This document shows, piece after piece, positions 57,244-64,000 of a stretch of 64,000 nucleotides of DNA. Within the stretch, counting starts at the first letter, position 1. Each line of letters starts with the position of its first letter. The translations under genes and the position numbers were made by a program. The stretch comes from an uncultured Gammaproteobacteria bacterium. GTDB lineage: Bacteria; Patescibacteriota; Patescibacteriia; Magasanikbacterales; UBA922. The stretch is from positions 22,181 through 86,180 of the forward strand of contig CAYQNA010000002.1 of the NCBI GenBank assembly GCA_964418775.1. The letters run 5' to 3'. The notes under the pieces were generated by a model. The model did not search any database. It had not been told where the DNA came from and saw nothing but the letters and a program-made list of their open reading frames with translations.

Positions 57244-57326
57244 GGGGGAGGTTCAGCGAACTTCGACTCCCCTGGCTCAGTCGCTCTCGCGACGAACCCA
57301 GGGAGGAGTTCGAACTGACACTCCCC
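57244..57326. repeat. Two related GC-rich hairpins (GGGGAGG-N16-TCCCC) in the 3' region of the first island gene
   Basis: gggggaggttcagcgaacttcgactcccc (57244-57272) and gggaggagttcgaactgacactcccc (57301-57326). Confidence 0.4.
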
Positions 57327-57451
57327 ACTGTTGCCCTCCTTGGCCGCCGGAACGCTCGCGCGCCCGACCGGCGGTTCACCTAGCGGAGTATCTCTCCGTC
57401 ATCCTCGCGAACCCGCGAGGCGAACCGCCGACCAGGAATCTGGTCTGCGGC

Positions 57452-59194
57452 CTAGTTCGTCTCCCCCCACCAGTTGGTCCCGTTGGCCAGCTCGTTGTAG
57501 TCAACCTCGACCGGCATCGTGACGGTCGTCCCGTCCGGGAAGACGAGCTTCATCGTCACGCCGCCGAGCACGAGCCAGTCCGTCGGGCTGGTGTTGAAGC
57601 CCGTGAGCCACGTCATGATGTTGTACTTGCCGTTGATCGGCCGCAGGAGCTTGCCGTTGACCTTGCACCGAAGCCGAGGCTTGGTGGCAGTCGCGGGCGG
57701 GAGCTGGCCGGCGGTGAGCGACTTGCTGTACACCATCTTGACGATGTCACCCGACGTCGGGATGTTCTGGCTGATCTGCGGGTTGTACTCGTCGAACTCG
57801 ATGATCGTCGAGCCCGCCGAGTTTGTGCAGCCGACGTGGAGCTGGGAGATCTCCGCGACGGAGGGGAGGAGGGACCGGAGGATCGACCACTCGGCGAAGT
57901 ACGTAGCGCCCGTGGTGACGGGCGGGATGGTGGTGTGCTCGCAGAGGCCGGTCTGGCCGTTGCAGCTGTCCGCCGTCCCGCCGTCGCCGTCGTCGCAGTT
58001 CTTCGCCGCGTTGACGCACCCCGTAGCCGCGACGCACGTGTCCGTCGAGCAGGCGTCGCCATCGTCGCAGGCGCCGTGGTTCGGGACGTGGGCGCAGCCC
58101 TGGCCGGGGTAGTAGGTGTCGACCGTGCAGGCGACGCCGTCGTTGCACGACGGCTCCGCGTTGCACTGACCCTCGTAGCACCCGTAGGGGCAGACGATCC
58201 CGGCCGAGCCGAGCTGGACGCACTGGTGAGCCTGGCACTGGTAGACGAAGCTGACGAGCGAGTTGCCGTTGCAGGCGTCGGGGACCTCGCAGTCCGTGTC
58301 GACGTCGCACTCCGGGTTCGGCGTGAACACGCAGCTCCCCGTCGCCGGGTTGCAGCTGTCCGTCGTCGTCGAGTCCCCGTCGTTGCACGTCTTGTGCGTG
58401 AACAGGCACCCGCCGATCGCCTCGTTGTACTCGTCCGTCGAGCAGGCGTCGCCATCGTCGCAGTCCGGCTCCTGCACGCAGAGCCCCTCGGAGCAGCCGA
58501 AGCCGCACGCCGGGCCAGCCGCCTTCGGGTCCTCGGCGACGCACGTTCCCGCGATGCAGGCGTAGAGCCGGAACATCGGGGTCGTGCCGTCGCAGAAGAG
58601 GTCCGTCGGACAGCCAGCGTCGGAGACGCACTCGGTCGGCACCGCGGGCGGCGCGTAGCAGATGACCAGCGTCGAGTCCGGATCGATCTCCACCGCGTCG
58701 AGCTTCCCGTTCTTCGGGTTGTTGTCGACACCGCTGAAGAAGACCGTACCGCCGAAGGCGCACTGCTTGAGCGTGGCCGCGACGGCGCCGTTGATGACGG
58801 TGTCGCCCTGCGGTCCCTGCTCGCCGGTCTCACCCTTCTCTCCGTCGGTCCCCGGATCGCCCTTGTCACCCTTCCCGCCGGGCTTGCCCGGCGCTCCGTC
58901 TTCGCCGTCCTTCGCGTCATCGATGCAGAGGCCCTGAGGACCACAGATGAAGCCGGAGGGACAGACGCTCTCGGAGTTGCAGAGGGTGAGGTCGATGCCG
59001 TCCGTCGCGTCGGTGGTGTCGGTCGCGTCGTCCCCCTCGGTGCCGTCCGTGGCATCCGTGGAGTCCGTCGTGTCGGTGTTGACCTGGGCGTCGCCCTTGT
59101 CATCGCCGCCGAGCGCACAGCCGGAGAAGCTTCCCACGATGACGCTCGTGAGCAGGCGGGCCGTGGCCAGCTTCAGGTTCTTCAGGTTCTTCAT
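57452..59194 (-). CDS. Lipoprotein with acidic Thr/Asp linker, collagen-like Gly-X-Y segment, Dictyostelium-type Cys-rich repeats and a C-terminal beta-rich domain (GC3 about 90%)
   Basis: Start trimmed from the track's TTG (59272) to ATG at 59192-59194 (MKNLKNLK..., GGAG 5 nt upstream); lipobox-like FSGC; TDSTDATDGTEGDD; GEDGAPGKPGGKGDKGDPGTDGEKGETGEQGPQGD (12 triplets); CDDGDACSTDEY, CNDGDSTTTDSC, CNDGVACTVDTY, CDDGDACSTDTC, CDDGDGGTADSC. Confidence 0.7.
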   Translation of the reverse strand: MKNLKNLKLATARLLTSVIVGSFSGCALGGDDKGDAQVNTDTTDSTDATDGTEGDDATDTTDATDGIDLTLCNSESVCPSGFICGPQGLCIDDAKDGEDGAPGKPGGKGDKGDPGTDGEKGETGEQGPQGDTVINGAVAATLKQCAFGGTVFFSGVDNNPKNGKLDAVEIDPDSTLVICYAPPAVPTECVSDAGCPTDLFCDGTTPMFRLYACIAGTCVAEDPKAAGPACGFGCSEGLCVQEPDCDDGDACSTDEYNEAIGGCLFTHKTCNDGDSTTTDSCNPATGSCVFTPNPECDVDTDCEVPDACNGNSLVSFVYQCQAHQCVQLGSAGIVCPYGCYEGQCNAEPSCNDGVACTVDTYYPGQGCAHVPNHGACDDGDACSTDTCVAATGCVNAAKNCDDGDGGTADSCNGQTGLCEHTTIPPVTTGATYFAEWSILRSLLPSVAEISQLHVGCTNSAGSTIIEFDEYNPQISQNIPTSGDIVKMVYSKSLTAGQLPPATATKPRLRCKVNGKLLRPINGKYNIMTWLTGFNTSPTDWLVLGGVTMKLVFPDGTTVTMPVEVDYNELANGTNWWGETN

Positions 59195-59340
59195 CTTCGC
59201 TCCAACTGCAGGCCGACTCTTGTGTGAGGCCCGCTTCTCGGTGTTGCGGCGAAGGTAGTGTCCCTCCGCCAAATTGCCACGCCATCCCGTTCCCCCGTTC
59301 TCCCCAGCTTGCGCCAGGGCGAGTTAACGGGACGGTATAG

Positions 59341-59390
59341 TGTGGACAAGAAAGAGTTTTGGCTAATCTAAGCCCTTTCTTATCCACACT
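59341..59390 (-). promoter_or_regulatory. Conserved leader element A: 13-bp inverted repeat (GTGGACAAGAAAG / CTTTCTTATCCAC) flanking the core TTTTGGCTAATCTAAGCC, in the 5' UTR of gene 57452..59194
   Basis: Core GGCTAATYTRAGCC also present at 60980-60993 (element B). Confidence 0.45.
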
Positions 59391-59445
59391 AAGGCGTGTA
59401 TTTATCTTGTCTTGGGTTGTAAGGAACCCTTTAATTTAACTTGAG

Positions 59446-59474
59446 AGTATACCACTTTTTGTGGGTTTTGTCAA
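59446..59474 (-). promoter_or_regulatory. sigma70 promoter TTGACA-17-TATACT (extended -10), near-identical in flanks to the promoter at 50129
   Basis: Minus strand: ctaTTGACAaaacccacaaaaagtggTATACTctc; shares CTATTGACAAAA and GGTATACTCTC with 50126-50161. Confidence 0.6.
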
Positions 59475-59704
59475 TAGACTTACCCACTCATCCACAAGCC
59501 AATTTTGACTTAGAGATGAGTGAGGGGAAGCGTTTGACTGCCACCCCCGCCGCTCCGATCGCTGTGCGACCGTCGAACGACGAGGGGAGTTCACGCTCCC
59601 CACACCTCCTTGTGCGCTGCCGGACAAATCCGGACCAGCGCGGCTTCCACCTGAACGCGACGTAAACGCCGCACTCTTAGACCCTGATGGAAAAGGGTCG
59701 CATA

Positions 59705-60688
59705 TCACCAGCCGACTTGGAGCCCGAGCTGGAGCCGGGGCAGGAACAGCCAGTCGGCCGTGTCGAAGGTGTCCCCCTTCTTGTAGGCCTGAACTCCGTA
59801 GAGCTCGACCCCGATCTCGAGGAACTCCTTCATCCAATCGGCCTTCGACCACCACAGCGGCCGGAAGTTGGCCCCGAGACCGAGCCCGTAGAGGAACTCG
59901 TCCGCGTGGTCAACGACCGCGTGGGAGGAGGTTCCCGACTTGAGAGCGAAGGACAAGTCCACCACCCCCAGCCAGGCCCCGATCTGAGCCCCAACGTCCC
60001 AACCGATCGCACGATTACCCGCTTCATTGTCCGCAGTGAGGTATCCGCTGACCCTGGCCACGAGCGAGTCGTTGTGCCAGCTGAAGGTGAGTCCCGTCGA
60101 GGAGATCATGTCGGCGCCGACGAAGTCGAGGCCCGTGCTGATCCGCGCCCCGAAGTGCGAGATGATCGAAACCGGCGCGGGCGAGCCAGCCGGTCCGGCG
60201 ATACCTTGCGGTCCCTGTCCTCCGGGCGCCCCAGCCTCGCCATTGCAGACGTAGTGCGGGTTACCATTCACATCGATCACGCTGATCCCGCCGGCGGGGC
60301 AATTCTCCCCCACCGGCTCCTCCGAGACGATGGGGGTGAAACCATCCATCCCGTCACGACCCTCCTTCGGCTTGGTGCTGCCATACTTACCGCAGACGAT
60401 GCGCTCACCCTTCTTGTTGACGCCCCAGTACCCGGGGCCCTTGGGCTTGCAGCAGAAGGCGTACGTATACGCCTTCGTCTCGCACTTGTCCTCACAGTCC
60501 GCACCAGCGCGGCACTGTTCACCGTCCTCCGGCGAGCTGCTGACCTTCCAGACGCACTTGCCGTCCTGGCAGTGTGCGTTCGGTCCGGCGCAGTCGTTGT
60601 CCGACTTACACTCAGACCTAGGCGGCTTGGCCGCCGCGACACCGGTGACGAGGAGGAACGCGAGCAAAAAGGAACCGAACCGATTCAT
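59705..60688 (-). CDS. Secreted Cys-rich protein with a short collagen-like segment and a C-terminal about 170-aa beta-barrel-like domain ending in Trp (OMP-like)
   Basis: Signal peptide MNRFGSFLLAFLLVTGVAAA; 14 Cys in the first 150 aa; GEAGAPGGQGPQGIAGPAGSP; C-terminal amphipathic beta-strand pattern ...LQLGLQVGW*; GC3 very high. Confidence 0.65.
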   Translation of the reverse strand: MNRFGSFLLAFLLVTGVAAAKPPRSECKSDNDCAGPNAHCQDGKCVWKVSSSPEDGEQCRAGADCEDKCETKAYTYAFCCKPKGPGYWGVNKKGERIVCGKYGSTKPKEGRDGMDGFTPIVSEEPVGENCPAGGISVIDVNGNPHYVCNGEAGAPGGQGPQGIAGPAGSPAPVSIISHFGARISTGLDFVGADMISSTGLTFSWHNDSLVARVSGYLTADNEAGNRAIGWDVGAQIGAWLGVVDLSFALKSGTSSHAVVDHADEFLYGLGLGANFRPLWWSKADWMKEFLEIGVELYGVQAYKKGDTFDTADWLFLPRLQLGLQVGW

Positions 60689-60915
60689 GATGCCCTCCTG
60701 GGCATGCCGGCCTAACGCGTCCCACCGCGCTGGTCAGCTCTTGTCTATGCTAGACCCTGAAAAGAACTTGCGCACCCAGGTGGGACCGGGCGCGACTTGA
60801 CCCTTAAGTTTCCTTAAGACGTTCGCCACAGGGGCGAGGTTGAAGCCCAGTAGGAACCAACCTCGTCTCTCTGGTTTAGGTCAACACTACTCCTAACTTA
60901 TTTAAATAACCAAAT

Positions 60916-60944
60916 ATCATATCAAAAAAAGACTATTTTGTCAA
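60916..60944 (-). promoter_or_regulatory. Candidate sigma70 promoter TTGACA-17-TATGAT for gene 59705..60688
   Basis: Minus strand: ctaTTGACAaaatagtctttttttgaTATGAT; same CTATTGACAAAA -35 context as the other two promoters. Confidence 0.45.
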
Positions 60945-60960
60945 TAGTCAAGCCAAGGCA

Positions 60961-60995
60961 GTGGATAAATCATTTTTTTGGCTAATTTGAGCCAT
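60961..60995 (-). promoter_or_regulatory. Conserved element B (GTGGATAAA...TTTTGGCTAATTTGAGCC), a degenerate copy of leader element A
   Basis: About 70% identity to 59341-59374 over 35 nt, including the 14-mer GGCTAATYTRAGCC. Confidence 0.4.
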
Positions 60996-60998
60996 TTA

Positions 60999-61072
60999 CC
61001 AGACTACTCCAGAGAAACCTTCTCTAGACTAGTCTGGCGGGGCCGGGGCACGATGAATTGAATCATCGCACC
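60999..61072. repeat. Two long imperfect hairpins downstream of gene 61173..62468
   Basis: ccagacta-ctcc-agagaa-acc-ttctct-agac-tagtctgg (60999-61037) and ggggcacgatgaatt/gaatcatcgcacccc (61043-61072). Confidence 0.4.
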
Positions 61073-61172
61073 CCGCCCCCAACCCTCCCCACCCACCCGC
61101 CGAAGCGGATGGGCGCCCGTCCCTCCGCTGAGCGTTGCGCGACCCTAGGGGATCACCGCTCAGTGGGAGACA

Positions 61173-62468
61173 TCACGACGGCGGGCAGCCGTTCGGCTTC
61201 GCGCCCGGCGTGCCGTTGCACGCGTCGCACGCGTCACCGACGCCGTCGCCGTCGAAGTCGGCCTGCCCGACGTTCGGCGCCGCGGGGCAGTTGTCGCACG
61301 CGTTGCCGAAGCCGTCCTTGTCGCCGTCCGTCTGGTTGACGTTGGCGAGCCCCGGACAGTTGTCGAGCGCGTCCGGCACCTTGTCATCGTCGCCGTCGAG
61401 GGCGCAGATGCCCGGGGTCGGCGTGCTGCCGGTGACGTCCTGGAGGCAGAGCTCCGGCGGGCCGTCCTCGGTGCCGCACGACTTGCCCGTGTCGGTGCCG
61501 CACATCGGCTCGAGACCGCACTCCGTGCTCGCCGCGTCCGGCGTGCACGGCTCGCACGCCCCGTCGAGGCAGTACTCGCCCACGCCGCACTGCACGCCCA
61601 TCGGCGCCGCCCAGTGCTTGCACGACGTGCCGCTGCAGCCGTCGAGCGTGCAGAGGTTGCCGTCGTCGCAGGACTTCGCGGTGCCGACGCAAGCCCCGTT
61701 CGCGCACTTGTCCGAATCCGAGCAGAACTGCCCGTCGTCACACGCCACGCCGTCGGCCTTCTTCGGGTTCGTGCAGTCGCCCGTCGTGGGCTCGCACGTA
61801 CCCGGGAGGTGGCACTGGTCGAGGGCGGTGCAGGACTTGTCGGTGCCGGGGTCGCACTCACCCGCGGTGCACACGTCCCCGACCGTGCACTTGTCACCGT
61901 CGTCGCACGACGTGCCGTCGGCCGCGACCGGGTTCGAGCAGAGCCCGGTGGCCGGGTTGCACGTGCCCGCGACGTGGCAGTCGTCCTGCGCCGTGCACGT
62001 GACCGGGCTGGAACCCGAGCACATGCCCGCCTGGCAGGTGTCGACCGTCGTGCACATGCTGCCGTCGCTGCACGACGTGCCGTCACTGACCGGCGTGTGC
62101 CCGCACTTGTAGTTCTGACACGAGTCCGTGGTGCAGGGGTTCTTGTCGTCGCAGCCCCCCGCGTTCACGCACTGGATCTCCTCGGCGCAGTTCGTCCCGT
62201 TCTTGTCCTTCACGTAGGAGCAGAACCCCTTGGTGTCCCCCTCCTTCTTGAAGCACATGTACTCGTCGACGAGCGCGCACGGGTCCTCGTCGTGCGGGTT
62301 CCCGGTGCAGTCGGAGGGCATCGTGCACTCCGTGAGGTCGGCCTTGAGGACCTGCACCTTGTCGGCCTCCTTGACGGAGACCGGCGACCCCGTGGACGCC
62401 TGAGACGCACAGCCGAACACCGTCGCGACCACGAAGAACTTCGCGGCCCACTTCATGAGATTACGCAT
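61173..62468 (-). CDS. Lipoprotein with Dictyostelium-type Cys-rich repeats and C-terminal thrombospondin type-3 repeats (GC3 above 90%)
   Basis: Lipobox VATVFGC; CDDKNPCTTDSC, CSDGSMCTTVDTC, CDDGDKCTVGDVC, CDDGQFCSDSDKC, CDDGNLCTLDGC; TSP3 segment DGDDDKVPDALDNCPGLANVNQTDGDKDGFGNACDNCPAAPNVGQADFDGDGVGDACDAC. Confidence 0.75.
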   Translation of the reverse strand: MRNLMKWAAKFFVVATVFGCASQASTGSPVSVKEADKVQVLKADLTECTMPSDCTGNPHDEDPCALVDEYMCFKKEGDTKGFCSYVKDKNGTNCAEEIQCVNAGGCDDKNPCTTDSCQNYKCGHTPVSDGTSCSDGSMCTTVDTCQAGMCSGSSPVTCTAQDDCHVAGTCNPATGLCSNPVAADGTSCDDGDKCTVGDVCTAGECDPGTDKSCTALDQCHLPGTCEPTTGDCTNPKKADGVACDDGQFCSDSDKCANGACVGTAKSCDDGNLCTLDGCSGTSCKHWAAPMGVQCGVGEYCLDGACEPCTPDAASTECGLEPMCGTDTGKSCGTEDGPPELCLQDVTGSTPTPGICALDGDDDKVPDALDNCPGLANVNQTDGDKDGFGNACDNCPAAPNVGQADFDGDGVGDACDACNGTPGAKPNGCPPS

Positions 62469-62633
62469 TTCTACCTCTAGCTATCTGTCTTGCGCAAGAT
62501 CACCCCACCCCTTTTGCTCATCTATGAGCGAGAACCCGAACGGGTTACAGCACAGGGTGGATGGCGACCCCTGCACGGCCGGATGATTAGTACGAATACT
62601 AAGCATTCGGCCATGGCTGAACCTGAACGCGGT

Positions 62634-62662
62634 TTATTACCACGTCTGTAATTTTTTGTCAA
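62634..62662 (-). promoter_or_regulatory. Candidate sigma70 promoter TTGACA-17-TAATAA (TGn extended) for gene 61173..62468
   Basis: Minus strand: cacTTGACAaaaaattacagacgtggTAATAAacc. Confidence 0.4.
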
Positions 62663-62687
62663 GTGTTAGCAAACTCTTGCTAAATTA

Positions 62688-62713
62688 TTAAACACCCCGA
62701 GTAGGGTGTTTAA
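62688..62713 (-). terminator. Terminator-like hairpin downstream of gene 62728..63816
   Basis: ttaaacaccc-cgagta-gggtgtttaa, 10-bp stem; on the minus strand it is followed by an A/T-rich run aataattt. Confidence 0.45.
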
Positions 62714-62727
62714 AGGGAATTATTGAG

Positions 62728-63816
62728 TTATTGGAGGTTGAGTCGATGGTTGATTTTGGGGTCTAAAAGTTGATGAACAGGCGTACTCGCCACCTCGGCG
62801 AGGCGGTGGCAGGCCTTGGCGAGGGTGGTGTGGAGGGCGTGGGCAGCGGCGGTGTTGGTTTGGCGGGTGGCGACAAGGGCGTCGTAGGCCCAGAGGCCGA
62901 GTGCGATTTGGTGGACGAGTTGGTCGAACTGGTCGTGTTTGGTGGAGGGCAGGCGTGCGGGATAATGTGGGTCGCCAAGGAGGAGTTGGCGCGCTTTTTC
63001 CGCACGGAGCGTGATAGTGCCTGAAACTTTTAATTCGGCGAGGCCATTCTTCCCTACCGTAACTGCTGCCGGAACTTTGCCGGGCAACATGACTTCGACC
63101 GTGCGGATATTTTCGTGTACTGATGTGTGCGTTGGTTTTATTGGCGCATGTGTTTCTTTGACTGCAACGGTGCCGGTGATTGTTGGCCAAGCGGCGCGGT
63201 GTGGAAATAAATGCCACACACCTAAACCATCGAGTACTGGGTCGCGCAGTGTGGTCGTGTTATCGGGAAAATGGATAACCACATGGTCAGCCATTGGTTC
63301 AACGCGACTAATGGCAGTTTGGTTATACAATTCTGGCGCACTTACATCGGGCTCAAGCACAATTTCGTGGCCAGCACGTTCATTTAATTCTGATACGAAT
63401 TGTTCAATCGCACTAGTTGGTTTATGCGCCAGAGCAATTGGCGCGGATGCAGTTGGTTTATACAAGACAGTTTTTTGGCGAAAGCCATCGACTGACAAAT
63501 GTCCGTCATCACGCAACCGTGTTTGGGCTTGCGGTGTGGTTTCGCCTAATAATTGTGCACGCAAATCAGTGGGAAAATATTGGGGATTTTCCATTAAGCT
63601 GCGATGCACGTCGCTCATGCGCTGGGCGCGCAATTCTGGATCTGTTTGCGTGTGTGCTTGCGCGAGCGCGTGCACAACATCAACCACAAACCGCTGCTCA
63701 AATGGCGCTGCGGAAATATTGTGGAGCGTTGACCACGCGGTCACTGCCTCGACTTTGTCGGCCGGGCTGGCGTGCGGCGCTTGCCACAATTCTAATAATT
63801 CGGCCAACAACGCCAT
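62728..63816 (-). CDS. Hypothetical protein (no family recognised)
   Basis: The track ORF (start 63912) overlaps the upstream gene by 94 nt; internal ATG (MALLAELLELWQ) at 63814-63816 lies 2 nt after the upstream stop, matching the stop-N1-2-ATG packing used throughout the window. Confidence 0.35.
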   Translation of the reverse strand: MALLAELLELWQAPHASPADKVEAVTAWSTLHNISAAPFEQRFVVDVVHALAQAHTQTDPELRAQRMSDVHRSLMENPQYFPTDLRAQLLGETTPQAQTRLRDDGHLSVDGFRQKTVLYKPTASAPIALAHKPTSAIEQFVSELNERAGHEIVLEPDVSAPELYNQTAISRVEPMADHVVIHFPDNTTTLRDPVLDGLGVWHLFPHRAAWPTITGTVAVKETHAPIKPTHTSVHENIRTVEVMLPGKVPAAVTVGKNGLAELKVSGTITLRAEKARQLLLGDPHYPARLPSTKHDQFDQLVHQIALGLWAYDALVATRQTNTAAAHALHTTLAKACHRLAEVASTPVHQLLDPKINHRLNLQ

Positions 63817-63818
63817 AC

Positions 63819-64000
63819 TTAGCGGTTGCGCACAACAATCACACTCATAATTAGCGCACCGACCACAAACCCAAGCGCCATATTTACGGGAATATTTGGA
63901 CGCACTGGCCATGGTGTGACTACTGGATTATCAACTACGCGGATCGTCATGTCGCCGCCAACATATTCAAAGCCTTTGATGGCAAGAGTCTGCGCAGCGG
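63819..64000 (-). CDS. C-terminus of a polysaccharide co-polymerase (Wzz/PCP chain-length determinant)-like protein; partial, starts beyond window end
   Basis: Hand translation ...LAIKGFEYVGGDMTIRVVDNPVVTPWPVRPNIPVNMALGFVVGALIMSVIVVRNR*: proline-rich PxxPxxP motif followed by a terminal TM helix, the hallmark of PCP TM2. Confidence 0.45.
   Translation of the reverse strand, partial: AAQTLAIKGFEYVGGDMTIRVVDNPVVTPWPVRPNIPVNMALGFVVGALIMSVIVVRNR

Noticed and set aside
57244-57326. tRNA-like GC-rich structure
   Set aside because: There is no cloverleaf, no GTTCGAATC T-loop with the proper arm, and no anticodon arm. They are two simple hairpins.
57519-62480. Long plus-strand ORFs in the high-GC island (59687..60715, 57836..59227, 61135..62112, 61614..62480, 60330..60800) and many Arg/Ala-rich minus-strand alternatives
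   Set aside because: They are high-GC shadow frames (Arg/Ala/Gly-rich, no signal peptides or motifs). The co-linear minus-strand frames carry signal peptides, lipoboxes and regular Cys-repeat periodicity, so those are the genes.
57235-62720. High-GC island as an assembly chimera or a mobile element
   Set aside because: - Chimera is judged unlikely because resident-type A/T-rich promoters with conserved flanks sit between the GC-rich genes, and a partly ameliorated paralog exists at 47.9 kb.
- Mobile element is not supported because there is no integrase, transposase, tRNA target or flanking direct repeat.
- Read-pair evidence would still be needed.

Overview
The window reads as one glycan-biosynthesis and cell-surface region of a bacterium with about 50% GC.

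- **Left end (1-1998).** The N-terminal part of a class B penicillin-binding protein (minus strand, runs off the window), an orphan MazF/PemK-family toxin gene, a GNAT acetyltransferase, and a small promoter-to-terminator unit that looks like an undescribed structured sRNA.
- **Glycosylation array (1988-39397).** About 37 kb of almost gap-free genes on the minus strand: at least 17 GT2/GT4 glycosyltransferases, several GT-C-like membrane transferases, a Wzx-like flippase, a UDP-glucose dehydrogenase with two UDP-xylose-synthase paralogs, epimerases, a C-methyltransferase/dehydratase fusion with an FdtA-like cupin, three further methyltransferase proteins, an S8 peptidase, and an O-antigen-ligase/TPR protein. 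A single plus-strand priming phosphoglycosyl transferase sits inside it.
- **Upstream of that array.** A monocistronic giant surface (S-layer-like) protein gene of 1286 aa with its own terminator and a highly structured 5' UTR, preceded by an ECF sigma/anti-sigma pair.
- **Right part (45.5-64 kb).** An HTH/DUF11 pair, more GT4 genes, a second O-antigen-ligase-like gene and a secreted hydrolase with FG-GAP repeats.
- **The novel system.** Four genes stand out by GC (one at 47.9-50.0 kb, three in a 5.5-kb island at 57.2-62.7 kb with GC3 above 90%). They encode lipoproteins or secreted proteins built from Dictyostelium-type Cys-rich repeats, thrombospondin type-3 Ca-binding repeats, collagen-like Gly-X-Y stretches and, in one, a C-terminal beta-barrel-like domain. 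This is a eukaryotic-ECM-like adhesin set, most likely horizontally acquired but driven by host-type TTGACA-17-TATACT promoters, with a shared conserved leader element.

The ORF track extends many ORFs to TTG/GTG codons; I trimmed starts to in-frame ATGs where spacing and signal-peptide logic supported it. Coordinates I derived by counting in the raw sequence may be off by 1-2 nt.
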